A DNA stretch of 63,928 nucleotides, counting the filler, from Octopus bimaculoides (Eukaryota), in NCBI RefSeq assembly GCF_001194135.2. It is 5 parts of 5 records of this genome, joined end to end, with 100 filler letters (N's around TTAATTAATTAA, not from the genome) between each part and the next. Parts side by side here need not be neighbours in the genome. Positions count along the whole stretch, not along the records: positions 1 to 17,564 come from NC_068982.1; 4 more parts are not named here. One strand, 5' to 3'. The position numbers were made by a program, and so were the translations under genes. Below, piece by piece: positions 1 to 12,829 of this stretch. Each line of letters opens with the position of its first letter. Within the stretch, counting starts at the first letter, position 1. The notes below the pieces were generated by a model. The model was not told the origin of the DNA. It saw nothing but the letters and a program-made list of their open reading frames with translations, and made no database searches.

Positions 1-36
<36 letters not shown>

Positions 37-190
37 TTTTGTTATTTACACCACTTGTCCTCGTCTGTTGTTATTATTTGTATATTCTCCCATATATATA
101 TATGTATGTATATATACATACATGCATATATTTATATATACATACATATAAATGTGAGTGTGTGAGTATTTATGGTTTTATGGCAAATTT

Positions 191-330
191 AGAGATCTAC
201 ATGGTGTTGATGTGGAAGTTTTCAAGGAACGTCTGGACAGGTTTCTGTCTGAGATACCAGATGAACCCACATCGTTGCAGAAGACAGAAAAAAAGAAGGT
301 TCGTTTTCCACGGCTTCGCAAATGAGATTT
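191..330 (+). mobile_element. 3' fragment of a CR1/L2-group LINE ORF2
   Basis: Frame RDLHGVDVEVFKERLDRFLSEIPDEPTSLQ resembles the FKxxLDxFLxxIPDxP C-terminal motif of this LINE group. Confidence 0.5.
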
Positions 331-467
331 GAACCCAGCAATAGAAAGGCAGGTCTGTAGTAAACTGGCACACATAAAGGTCATTGTGATTCACCTTCTC
401 GATCATAACATTCATCCTTAAATCTCTCTTGAGTTTTGCATGAGTTATCCTGACCTCCCCATCCAGC

Positions 468-1830
468 TCAATTCGAAGCAAGGGTTACTATCGCCTTTGG
501 ATCCATTCCAAGTGACTTCGTGGTAGTCCTTATGCCGTCCATAAACCTTTTTTTAGGTTTACACCGATAGCATTTCCCACCATAAAACAGCTGTTTGGGC
601 GTGCGTTCATCCCCCATTCGAACAATATGGCCACACCATCTTATTTGGTTTTTCAGAAACATAGCTTTTGTTGAGGTGAGGCTGCAGATACCAGGACATC
701 TGTGTTTGGAGTAGAAGAACTCCATTTAATGCTGAAAATGCGATGAAGGCATTTTTGGTCGAATTTTTCTAACAATTTGCAATGTCATTCATAACGTGTC
801 CATGTTTCACAAGAATACAACAGGAATGGTAAATCAAATGATTTGTAAGGAACCAGCTTTGAATTGTTGTTTATGTATCATTGGCGCCAAACACATGACT
901 CCAAGCCACCAAGCCACCAAGTGCTTGTGGTTCCCTTTGAATTTGTAGATGTATTTCTCTATCCAGATTTCCATCATTTTTTGGAACAAAGTAGATGAAA
1001 GAATCAACAACCTCAAATAACTTAACCTTAACAAAAATTTTAGGGGGTGTGGCAAACAGCCCCACGTGCAGGTTGATATATTACAACCGTTTTTTTTTTC
1101 AAGTTGATGGTCAAGCCAAAATCATCAAAAACCGAGTCAAATGCAGATACAAGAGATTGCAAACCTGTTTCAGAATGAGTGACAAGATCGCAATCGTCAG
1201 CGTATAAAAGTTCCTTAATGAGTGAAGTAAAAACCTTCATTTTGGATTACAGTCTGGTCAGATTAAAAACATTCTCTGTTGTTCGATATTTTATGTAAAT
1301 ATCCTCCTTAGAATTTTGAAAAGCGTGTGACAACACAACGGCAAAGTATATTGCAAAGAGGGTGGGTGCATCAAGGTCTCCTTGCTTTACTCTATTTTCC
1401 AAGGCAAAACATTCAGAGAGCCTACCACCAACATTAACCCTAGCTTTCATATTTTGATTCAAAGCCCTGATCATATTTACAAATTTTTCTAAGCAATCTA
1501 TTTTCCTTAGTATAAGCCACAGAACATTTCGATTAACAGTTTCGAATGCTTTGCTCAAACCAACAAAGCAATGGTATAGAATAAGATTCTGTTCAATGCA
1601 CTTTTCTTGCAATAGTCTGATAGTAAAGATGCAGTCAGCTGTGCCCCTGGAGGAACGAAAACCACACTGAGACTCAGACACCATATTTGGAACTATGAGA
1701 GTATTTAAACGTTCTAACAAAATGCGGGCAAGTACGTTCTACAACGACATATTAAGGTCTGTACAAAAATTTGAGTTTATCGTGCACTTGTACTATCCTC
1801 TATTTTTCATTCGGCCGAAACATGGAATAT
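468..1830 (-). mobile_element. RTE-clade LINE, frameshifted reverse-transcriptase region
   Basis: Collinear fragments: ESQCGFRSSRGTADCIFTIRLLQEKC, FVGLSKAFETVNR, VKQGDLDAPTLF, LLYADDCDLVTHSE (YADD), EVVDSFIY, QIRWCGHIVRMGDERTPKQLFYG. Broken by stops and frameshifts. Confidence 0.92.
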
Positions 1831-2776
1831 TTATGACCACCACATAAAACCCTTAGAACGTTATCACCAAAAGTGTCTTCATCAAATTCTCAGGATTCGC
1901 TGGAAACCGTTTGTTCCAGACACACAGGTGTTTTGGAGAGAGGAAGGATCTTATCACTCCACTTGGTTTCCAATCAATTGAAATAGACTGGTCATTCGAT
2001 ACAATAAGCAGTATTCTTTTTATGGTCAGCCAATTCCAAGGAAGCGAAAACAGTGTAGGCCAAATAATTGTATAAAGATTTACTAAGCATCAGTCTCGGG
2101 GAGTTCAATCTTTACCAAGTTGATGAATCTCTTGCGTTTGACAAAATTCGTGGTAAATAATACAATATTCTGTGTTCCAACACATCATACACCGTTAAAT
2201 AAGGAAGGTATTAGTTGTTGGTGCTAATAGTGCTTCTATCGCTATTAATTATTTTTTAATATCAAATATATTTCGGTTTCCTGTCTCTGTGCATCATTCC
2301 TGCCTAATAAACTAGTATCTTAACTGTCCATCATTGTAGCAGAAATAGGGGGAAAAATCATAGGTAGAAAGCTGTTCATAAGCAATTGTTTTTTCTTTTT
2401 ACTTTTATGAAATTGTTGACATCTATACAAACGTGTTTCGGTTCTTTTTTTATTTTATTTTTAATTTTTGGTTTTTTTCACGTCTTTCATACTGAAGAAA
2501 ACAGCGAAATGAATATTTGTTAGCTTCAAACCATATGAATTACAGATATGTCCGAATGTTCATTTTCAAAATTCCGAGAAGAAAGAAAAAAAAGAAAACA
2601 AAATATAGTACAGAGACTAAAATAAGAAAACGGCGCCATCTTCGAGTCTGAATCTGTTTCTCCGAACCCAAAACAGAATAAGAAAAGAAGGAAAATAAAG
2701 GTAAATGATGGATAAAAATATGACTAAAATGTTTTATATCATGTGTGTATGTGTGAGTGTATGTATGTGTACTTAT

Positions 2777-2778
<2 letters not shown>

Positions 2779-2854
<76 letters not shown>
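2779..2854. repeat. (GT)n microsatellite
   Basis: Uninterrupted GT run. One of dozens of (TA)n, (CA)n, (GATA)n, (AAT)n and (AAG)n tracts in the window. Confidence 0.95.
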
Positions 2855-2856
<2 letters not shown>

Positions 2857-3299
2857 AGTCAGTGTTGTAATGTCAGTGTTGATGGTAACCCAGTACAATC
2901 TGTCATATGATCCGGCGGTCTAACCTGGCAACCTCTCAAGCCTTCTTTTGGAGGGTGGATTTCGTTGGAATCCCTGCAGGACGAAGATCGAAACTTGTCA
3001 AAGGATGGATGAACTTACCAGTGTCAACACCATCCAACGTATGGAAGTAAAAAGACCCTTAATCTTTGTTTAGACATTTCTGTTAACAAAGGGCCTTCTG
3101 AAATTACACTCGCCTTATTGCGAAACTGGAGATCTTGTGCTTGCTTGTTTCTGGGTTGCGTAACTTTGTAGGTGGACGTCTTATCGACGTTGTGCATGAT
3201 GCTATTGACTTTAGATTTCAACGCAAGCGTTGCTAACAGCAACTGTCATTGATACCTAGGATAGGATAATTTGTCATTTAGGATAGGATTATTTGTCAT

Positions 3300-3690
3300 A
3301 CTCATCTACAGGTCGACAGCCATCATGTGTGTATGTGTGTTGTATGATGTTGAATCTGTTGCACTTGACGGGGGTAAATAGCGAGCAAGATCTGGGCTGA
3401 GGCAGGAGATTTTGAAGAAAAACAAAACGTGCAAAAATGCCAAGAGAACTACGAAAAAATAGCATCGTTTTAATCACAGGAATAATGCCATGCTTCAGTG
3501 TCTCAATGTGATAAGACTTGTCTTTCGAAGACTGACTTAGCTTCACATCTCAGAACTTGTTTTCATACAGTTGGCCCAAGTGACGCAAACATCATTCCAG
3601 CGGACATAATTATGTGTCATATTTGTAACGTGACTGTTAAGTCCGGCGCTGGTCTAAAGGGCATTTAAATATTCATAAGTTAAGCAAGAC
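3300..3690 (+). mobile_element. C-terminal remnant of an RTE-like ORF with two C2H2-like knuckles
   Basis: Reading across frameshifts gives CxxCDKTCLSKTDLASHLR and CHICNVTVKSGAGLKGHLNIH, preceded by a VESVALD-like segment typical of RTE C-termini. Confidence 0.5.
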
Positions 3691-6402
3691 AAACAACACT
3701 GTGCCACTTAAGGTGAAACATACTTGCACTGTTTGTTATGCCATTTTGAAACAGGTTTCGGGACTCCAGAGCCACTTACGTTCTCATTGCACGGTAGACG
3801 AACGTCTAACAAGAAATGGACAGGATTTCAACACCAACAAAGTACCTTTATATGCGACGGTACGTTTCGTGTAGTTTGCCATTACTGCAATAGAGATTAA
3901 TGTTTTTATTTCGGTCGAGTCAGTCTCTCTTGATCCCCTTTGCGGTATTACTAGTGTGTTCATAAGTGAAAGAAGAAAGTATGTATATATGTGTGCGTGT
4001 GAGTGTGTGTATGTATGTATGTATGTATATATNNNNNNNNNNNNNNNNNNNNNNNNNNNNNNNNNNNNNNNNNNNNNNNNNNNNNNNNNNNNNNNNNNNN
4101 NNNNNNNNNNNNNNNNNNNNNNNNNNNNNNNNNNNNNNNNNNNNNNNNNNNNNNNNNNNNNNNNNNNNNNNNNNNNNNNNNNNNNNNNNNNNNNNNNNNN
4201 NNNNNNNNNNNNNNNNNNNNNNNNNNNNNNNNNNNNNNNNNNNNNNNNNNNNNNNNNNNNNNNNNNNNNNNNNNNNNNNNNNNNNNNNNNNNNNNNNNNN
4301 NNNNNNNNNNNNNNNNNNNNNNNNNNNNNNNNNNNNNNNNNNNNNNNNNNNNNNNNNNNNNNNNNNNNNNNNNNNNNNNNNNNNNNNNNNNNNNNNNNNN
4401 NNNNNNNNNNNNNNNNNNNNNNNNNNNNNNNNNNNNNNNNNNNNNNNNNNNNNNNNNNNNNNNNNNNNNNNNNNNNNNNNNNNNNNNNNNNNNNNNNNNN
4501 NNNNNNNNNNNNNNNNNNNNNNNNNNNNNNNNNNNNNNNNNNNNNNNNNNNNNNNNNNNNNNNNNNNNNNNNNNNNNNNNNNNNNNNNNNNNNNNNNNNN
4601 NNNNNNNNNNNNNNNNNNNNNNNNNNNNNNNNNNNNNNNNNNNNNNNNNNNNNNNNNNNNNNNNNNNNNNNNNNNNNNNNNNNNNNNNNNNNNNNNNNNN
4701 NNNNNNNNNNNNNNNNNNNNNNNNNNNNNNNNNNNNNNNNNNNNNNNNNNNNNNNNNNNNNNNNNNNNNNATATATATATATATATATACACAAATAACA
4801 TCCTTGAACCTCTTGTGAAAACCTTAATTCTTAATCAGTATGGAGTATTACATATATTTCTAGCATTTTTGCCCAGTTTAATACTAAACTTTATTGAGCT
4901 TCCAAATGTCCGCAAATTGGTCAGTTTTGACAGGCAGTGTTTAGTGAGGTTTACTCAAAGTGATGCTACAGCCGTCTTCTTCAGTCTGGAACAACAAAGG
5001 TTGATAGGTCAGCTTACTTGATATATAGAAATAATATACTAAAATAAGAATAAGCTAAGACTGTCTCTCCTAAAAATGTCACAATACTTCTGGAATGTAA
5101 CTCATATATACAATTTACAAACCCCAAGCTACAACGATTAATGTAATGCTGCTGTTACGGTTACTGCATGACAAGGAAACAGTCCCCGATCGAAACCAGC
5201 AACCAACTGTACAATTCAGTTATGTATTGAGATATATGGTAAAAATATATAATAATGGCAGTACAGAGTTATCACAAAATAATTGAGTCAATAGCCAAAT
5301 ATTGGTCAAGGTAAAATAATCCCCAGAGTCATGAGTCCAAGAAGTATAAATTGAAGATGTGAGTTCTTGATAACGGAGAGTTCAATGTCGAAGATAACGG
5401 TCGTATTTCTTTCTCAAACGCCAGCGTCTCTCAAAGATTGTAATTTCTGGAAATGTATTATTTGCTTCTTACATGAAAGACCATCGGTTCTTACAGAGGC
5501 GATCAAAGCAAAAGGGGGTGTAACTCTTTCATTACAATATTATAATTAAGCAAAATACATTCTCATAACACTGCATACATTTATATTTAAGCTCTCATGT
5601 TTATCGAGACGGAAAAACCATTAACTGAGGTATTTTTGTCAGAAAACATATTCTCCCTTTAAGGTTATGTAGATGAGAACGCCTTACGCTGGACGCCGAT
5701 CGACCATATCAGACTATGTGAGACGTCGTTTTGTGTGGTTAGGTTTCGTCAATGACATACACCGATGTCAATTCTGTAAGAACCAATGGTCGTTCATGTA
5801 AGAAGCAAATAATACATTTCCAGGTGTGTGCTAAGCTTTGTCGAGCTGAAATTAATTATTAGAGCACAATAAGAATCGAGGATTAAGGTAGAATTTATAC
5901 ATTTATATTTAATACCCTCCTGTACGCTCAAATGGGGAAAGACTTTCGTTGCAGTAATTGTGTTGGAAAGATACTCTCCTGATGAAGTGTAACCGCATAG
6001 AAATTCGTCCGCTGGCGCCATTCAAAGTTCATTTGAGATAATTACTGCAGCTTATGTCTTCAAAGTTTTACTGCACTGAGAGTTATAAATATAAATGTGC
6101 ACTGCTTTATTATTCACACACCTACACACCTACACACGCGCACAAACAAACACACACACATATATATACACACCTACATATATTCACACACCTACACACA
6201 TACTCACACGCACAAACGCACACACATATTAATACACACCTACACACATAAACACGCACAAACTCATACACATATGCATATATATATATACACACCTATA
6301 TATATTCATACACCCACACACATACACAGACTCACAAACGCACACACATATAAATACACACCTACACACATAAACACATGCACAAACGCACACACATATG
6401 TG

Positions 6403-6451
<49 letters not shown>

Positions 6452-7202
6452 TCACACCCCCACACACATACACACACGCACGAACGAACACACATATATA
6501 TAGACACCTACATATATTTACATACNNNNNNNNNNNNNNNNNNNNNNNNNNNNNNNNNNCCACACACATACACAGACTCACAAACGCACACACATATAAA
6601 TACACACCTACACACATAAACACATGCACAAACGCACACACATATGTGTATATGTATATATATATATATATATACACCTACATATATTCACACACCTACG
6701 AACGTACACAGACGCACAAACGAACATATATATATACACAAACACACACACACACATACCTACATAGACGTGTGGGTGTATGCGTGTATGTACATATGTC
6801 TATGTGTAAACAAGAAGAAATAAAGAAATTACTCATCAGCGTGATATAATTACCTATGTGCAGCAATTTCGCAATTCAATGCTTGAATATGTCACGTGCA
6901 CATTTAAATAGCATTAATGCGTTTTTCATTGCTGAGCTTCGAAAATTCTTGACTGTGCGATTCGTAGAAAATTACTATTTGTAAATCTCACAAGAGATAT
7001 TCAGCAACAGTACTTTGTAGTAAAGATTGTTTGCCAACATAACATGACAGTCCTGGTTTAGGACGAATGTTGCTGTAATTTAGCCCCAGCAGACATCGTC
7101 TACAGCTGGCTATACGACACGATCTGTGTCCTTATATGTGCGATTCGTGTTTAGGAACGATGCTTTTATACATCAATATTACAAATTTCGCTTAATTCGT
7201 CT

Positions 7203-7412
7203 AACTGGCAGAATTATTTGCACGGTGCCGGCAAATTGTTTTTGTTTTTTTTTTGCATTTCGTCCGTCTTTACGTCGTTCTGAGTTCAAATTCTACCGAG
7301 ACTGACTTTGCATTTTGTCATTTCGAGGTCGATAAAGTAAATGTCAGTTGGGGTGGTCAATGTAACTGGCTTAGCCCCTTCTCCAAAACTGCTGGCCTTG
7401 TACCAAAATTTG
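7203..7412 (+). mobile_element. SINE family C copy (degenerate)
   Basis: Aligns by eye to the intact copy at 25510-25740 (gttctgagttcaaatt, gaggtcgataaa, ggccttgtaccaaaatttgaaac). Confidence 0.65.
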
Positions 7413-8084
7413 AAACCATAATTACATGGTGGGTTATACTATTTCTGTACTTAAGAACTTGTGAGTGATTACTGGAATTGCTGAGTATCTTACCTTCCTC
7501 TTTCCTTAGATTAGTTGCATGATAGTGACTGACTGCAATACTGTTATTGTGTCTTCGAGCGAGGATAATGTTTTGTTGCTCGTGATTACTGACAAGTGCT
7601 TCACGGATTTCCCTCGGCGATTAGAGGATTGGTTGTTGAATGTTGTAGGTAAAGAGATACTACGATTTCTAGTTAGTTTAACTTATTGCTGACAAATGTA
7701 GAACTTAGGCAACGGATATGCAAATAACGAAACCGGTTGTATACTCTGAAAGACAAACACCAGGGATTTATCAAATCATCAAGCTTTGTTGATCTTCTGG
7801 AGCACTCCTTCGGGTGTCAGCTTCGCAGCTTACCAGCTGGTTGCCTTGGTGACGCCTGTAAAATAAGACAGCCTTGATAAAGCATATTTGGAAACAGAAG
7901 AACAAATGGGACCCACCAACATAAGCTGAGCAGCATTAGACAAGACACAGACATTTAAAATATATATATGTATATATATATATGATGGGGTGTCAATGTG
8001 GATGTGTGTATGTACGTATACATATCTATTTCTATGTATGAATGTGTGTACATTTTATGTATGTATTTATATATATATGTATGT

Positions 8085-8436
8085 AAAGGTAAAGGCGTAA
8101 AAAGCCCCCTTCGCACATCAATAACCCTGGGATTGCACCAAGAAAGTTCTTCTCCGAAGCATAAGTCTGGGCAAGATTGTTTATGGAAGACCAGCAGTCG
8201 CCCATGAATACCAGCCTCTCCTCTTCACGTCACTGATGTTATCCAAGGCAAAGACAAAGAGGCCGATACAGCTTGGTACCAGTGACATCGCAACTCATTT
8301 CTACAGCTGAGTTAACTGGAGCAACGTGAAATAAAGTGTCTTGCTCAAGAACACAACACAGAACCCAACCCGAGAATCGAACTCACTAACACATGATTGT
8401 GAGCTTGACGCTCTAACCACTGAACCATTCGATTTC
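8085..8436 (-). mobile_element. tRNA-derived SINE family B, near full length, CpGs retained
   Basis: Box A/B-like head (cagtggttagagcg...gagttcgattc on the minus strand), core cttgagcaagacactt...cagctgtagaaatgag, tail ctttacctttac. Homologous to 37765-38065. Confidence 0.8.
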
Positions 8437-8504
8437 ACATGTGTGTGTGTGTATGTGTGTGTGTGTCTGTGTCTGTGTGTCTGTGTGTGTTTGTGTGTGT
8501 GTCT

Positions 8505-8540
<36 letters not shown>

Positions 8541-9387
8541 TGTGGTGTGTGTGTGTGTGTGTATGTATGTGTGTGTAACTGTACTGCGCCGAGTATCCTT
8601 TAGTTAAAATTACCTGTAATAATAAACGAACCCAGACATTTGTTCCTGATATATACACTTCGTAAAATGGTGATATGCACGAGACGATATGGATTTATTT
8701 GACTCTAATAAAGTGTAGCTGCTTATTTTTGTTTTATTGGACGAAAACCTTATTGTGCTCGATATCTCAGTATATTGCAATTATACAAAGTCTATTGTAT
8801 GCAATTTATGTAGCCGGTATTATAAATCAATATCTGTCATCCGTTATTTCTTCTCAGCTACCCGGAGGATACAAAGCAACAAAACACTGCGGCTACACGA
8901 AACCTTTCGCTGCGGGTTTTCTGTCATGGTTGTCGTTCTTGTTGTAGTAGTAGTTGTTGTTGTTGTTGTTGTTGTTATCGTCGCCCCTGTTGAATAGCTC
9001 TGGTTAGGTCTGAACGAGTAGTTATAGGATGTATGAGTATTTGGTTCAACGATGTGATGCGAGTGATATATCCATCTTTCTAGTTTTATTGTCTCTCTGT
9101 AGTCATACTACATATTCCGATATACAGTTATCAATATCATAAGTTGCAGTAGAATAGTTTGAACGTGCCTCACTCTCTCCATTGCTCTGCTTGTTTCTGT
9201 GGCCTAAAACAATCTGATGGTGGCCACAGTGGAAGCTGGCCACGGCGGAAGCAGGCCACGACGGAGGTAGGCCACAACGGAGGCCGGCTAAGTGTATTCG
9301 CTCAAAACTAATCCTCAAATCCATTTATTGCTGCAGTGCATCTCATCGCAGTTTTGGGATTTTGGGGTCCACTGAAGATATTAATAT

Positions 9388-9599
9388 TGTTTTCAAATTT
9401 CGGCACAAGGCCAGCAAGTTCGGGAGAGGGGGTAAGTCGATTACATCGACCCCAGTGTTCAACTGGTACTCATTTTATCTAGCCCGAAAGGATGAAAAGA
9501 AAAATCAACCTCGGCGGAAATTGAACTCAGAACGTAAGGACAAATGAAATACCGCTAAATACTTTGTCCGGCGTGCAACCGATTCTGCCAGATCGCCGC
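9388..9599 (-). mobile_element. SINE family C copy
   Basis: Reverse complement matches 25510-25740 from the head (ggcgatctggcagaatcg) onward. Abuts the family A copy. Confidence 0.8.
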
Positions 9600-9977
9600 T
9601 TTTTCTTTTACTTGTTTTCAGTCATTTCACTGCAGTCATGCTGGAGCACCGCTTTTAGTCTTATTCTTTGTAAGCCTAGTGTTTATTATATCGATTTCTG
9701 TGCCGAACCGCTATGTTATGGAAGCGTAAACGCAACAACATCGGTTGTCAAGCGATTTGGTGGGGGACAAATACAGACAGACAAATATATATATATATAT
9801 ATATATATACACGACACGCTTCTCTCAGTTTCCGTCTACCAAATCCACTCACAAGGCTTCAGTCGGCCTGAGGCTATATAGTTGAAGACACTTACCGAAG
9901 GTTCCATGCAGTGGAACTAAAACCGGAACCATGTGATTGAGTAGGAAGCTTCTTACCACACAGCGACGCCTGCACCT
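9600..9977 (-). mobile_element. tRNA-derived SINE family A, full length
   Basis: Matches 56630-56998 throughout (gctgtgtggtaag head, gtgagtggatttggtagacggaaactga core, gcggtgctccagcatg tail). Confidence 0.85.
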
Positions 9978-9996
9978 TTAAAAAGGAAACACCCAA

Positions 9997-10069
9997 TGGT
10001 TCCGCTGGGAAACGAACCCAGGGCCTCTTGCGTGTGAAACGAGCGTGATAACCACTAGACGACGGAACT
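9997..10069 (-). tRNA. tRNA-Val(CAC)-like gene, probably degenerate or a pseudogene
   Basis: The 73-nt reverse complement folds as a Val tRNA: AGTTCCG TC GTC TAGTGGTTAT CAC G CTCGT TTCACAC GCAAG AGGCC CTGGG TTCGTTT CCCAG CGGAACC A. Anticodon CAC, perfect T-stem, and a T5 Pol III terminator downstream (9980-9984). Defects: A1-C72, one D-stem and one anticodon-stem mismatch, and A58 replaced by T in box B. Confidence 0.75.
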
Positions 10070-11352
10070 TTTGTTGAAGATATTTATAATGCAACTATTT
10101 CTTTGTGTATGTGTTCTTCAATCTGAGTTTAGAACGATTTTAGAAGTGTACTGGGTGATTGGGTGCGGAGCCAGCTACAGCAAAAATGTGTCCTTCGTAT
10201 GTGTCTGTGGCTTCTCGTTTACATGTAATTTTGGTTGGCTTCGTGTGCTGACAATCTATTGGTTATCTATCATAACAGACGGTCATGATATATAGCACAA
10301 TATTTTGTAATTGTATAGTTTATTACTGCTGGTAGATTAGGAGCGTAGAGATATCTGGCATCTTGCATGATGGATCTCTGGCATCTCTGGCATCTCTGGC
10401 ATGCAAGATGGATATCTGGCATCTTGCATGATGGATCTCATGCATTATTTTGTCACCAGTGTTAAATCCTTTCGCTAGTTAAATATGGTACTTCCGATTG
10501 CTTGAATTTTACTGTCGTCTTGCATTCTTGACTGTGTCCTGCATGTGTTGTGAACGCTGTTGTAACTTTGCCTGTATAGTACTCTCAGCAGCTTCATCTT
10601 ATCAATGCAACATGGTTGATTTTGAAGGCGAATTTATTTAGTATTCTCCATTGTTACAGGTAAATGAGGAAGCTAATTTGTTGAGTGATAAATTGTCTAT
10701 GATTGTGGAGCCTTGTTTCAAGGTGATCAAAGTAGAATTAGATTAGTTGCGCAATATTGTCAGGAAAGTGGTGAAAATATTTGTGTGTTTGTATCTGTGG
10801 GTAAAGCTGGTTGTGTGTTTTGTTTTTTGTTTTCTTCACGAGGGGAATATATGGGACGGTCGTATAGCTATCGTTTGAAATAAGATGATGAGAGAACAGA
10901 GCTCTGTATCACTTCATGCGTGAAATTCTAGGTTCTGGAAATGTTATTATTGTACATTACATAGGCTTAACGATGGCGTTGAGTTATTTCATGTACAGTA
11001 AGGGATGGAGTTGAAAGCTTTATCAAAACCGATGTTGTTTGGTGCGTGTGGACTTTTTTTTTGTTTTTGTTGTTTTTTGCTGTTGAAGGCTTCGTGTATT
11101 TTCTGTGTTGAGTTTATGAGTTGTGTGATAGATATAAGTATTTGGCAGAGTCTTTGACATGAATTATAGTCGTAGATATTTTTTCATTGCAAACTGAAGC
11201 TTTTTTATTAACATAGTTGTTGCTTTATAATATGTAGCTTTTTTTTTTACTTAAAGATATATATATATAAATGTAATGCTGTGTTATTTCTTGGAGGCAC
11301 CAGACTCGACATTTTAGAAAAGAACCTAATACTGAACTGTTGTTGTTGTTGT

Positions 11353-11411
<59 letters not shown>

Positions 11412-12267
11412 TTGTTATTACTGAGAAGACATAAGATTAAAAAGCATCCGTCAATCTTTTAGTCTATCTAGCATTTACTTTTACATGTTTTCTTTAATTG
11501 GTAAATGTAATGTATAATATTTTGCTTATATTTATAGCTCGATGATCGAACACGAAAAGCTCCCACCCTGATTTACGAAAAGAAAACATGGTTATTGGTG
11601 TTGTTGTTGTTAATTCCCAGATAAAACTTCATCATGCAGACCTAAGATCAAAGACGTTGCTCTTATGATCAGTTACGCTTTTTTATTTATTTATTTATTG
11701 ATTTATTTAATTTTTCGATTAATTGTCCATCAAGAACTACAATATCCAATGCGTACTTCCGTTTGAAAGCTGGTTCGTTTCGATCTGGTTGAGACTTTAT
11801 AGAAATGCCTAGCAAGATTAGAGGTAGTGTAGGCGTTTCCTTATTGTGTGTATCTATCTGTATGTCTGTATAGCTGTCCGTCTGTGTGAATGTGTATGTT
11901 TGTGTGCATGTGTGTGTGTGTGTGCATGATTGTGCGCGTATGAGTGGGTCTATGAATGTTTAGCAAATCTCATACATTTATAAATTCTGCTAAGTACTTG
12001 TGCAGTGCAGAGACAAAAATCCAGATGTTTCTATCAAAGGTCATCGTCGATAACATATTTAAATTTTTATGACAGACAGACACACGCACGCACACACACA
12101 TACACACACACACACAGACGAACGGACGGACGGATGCACGAACGCACGGACGGACAGACGGATGGACAGACAGACAGATAGACAGACAGATAGACAGACA
12201 GATATATAGACAGACAGACACACACAGACAGACACACAGACAGACACACAGACACATAGACAGACAC

Positions 12268-12325
<58 letters not shown>

Positions 12326-12647
12326 GTAGTTATATAAAGATAAATAGAAAATTTATTATTTTTAAATCATTCAACGAAAGATTCATTAACAGCACTTTAT
12401 AGTACAGATTATTTGCGAACATAATGTGACACACTATCTGTGCCCTTATATTTTCGAAGTAGGTGGACACAGATTGTGTGTCGTATATCCAATTGGAGAC
12501 GATGTTTCCTGAAGCTAAATAACAGTAACATACTTCCCAACTGGGACTGCCTACATTATGTCGGCAAATAATCTTTATATAAAGATATATATGCGCATAT
12601 ATAAGTGTACATAAGTTGTATATATTTACATACATATGTACATACAT

Positions 12648-12722
<75 letters not shown>

Positions 12723-12829
12723 NNNNNNNNNNNNNNNNNNNNNNNNNNNNNNNNNNNNNNNNNNNNNTATATACGTACATATAATATATACTACATTCTA
12801 TGAACAATGAGCGCTGCATTGAGACTTTC

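Noticed and set aside
3784-5021. Long ORFs (270-350 aa) in the ORF track, and similar ones at 14832, 18438 and 22035
   Set aside because: They are made of X residues from N-gaps plus microsatellite-derived YI/CV runs.
5158-5205. Hammerhead-like string ggtta-CTGCATGA...GAAA-ccagcaacc
   Set aside because: It has an extra base in the core, no NUH triplet and no convincing helix II; at best a very decayed relic.
5975-6012. CTGATGA...GAAA motif, and a similar CTGACGA...GAAA near 32115
   Set aside because: Helix I cannot form and helix III is not palindromic or pairable.
6314-6680. Near-identical roughly 110-bp CA-rich block on both sides of the 6526-6559 gap
   Set aside because: Most likely overlapping contig ends or a collapsed minisatellite; it cannot be called a biological duplication.
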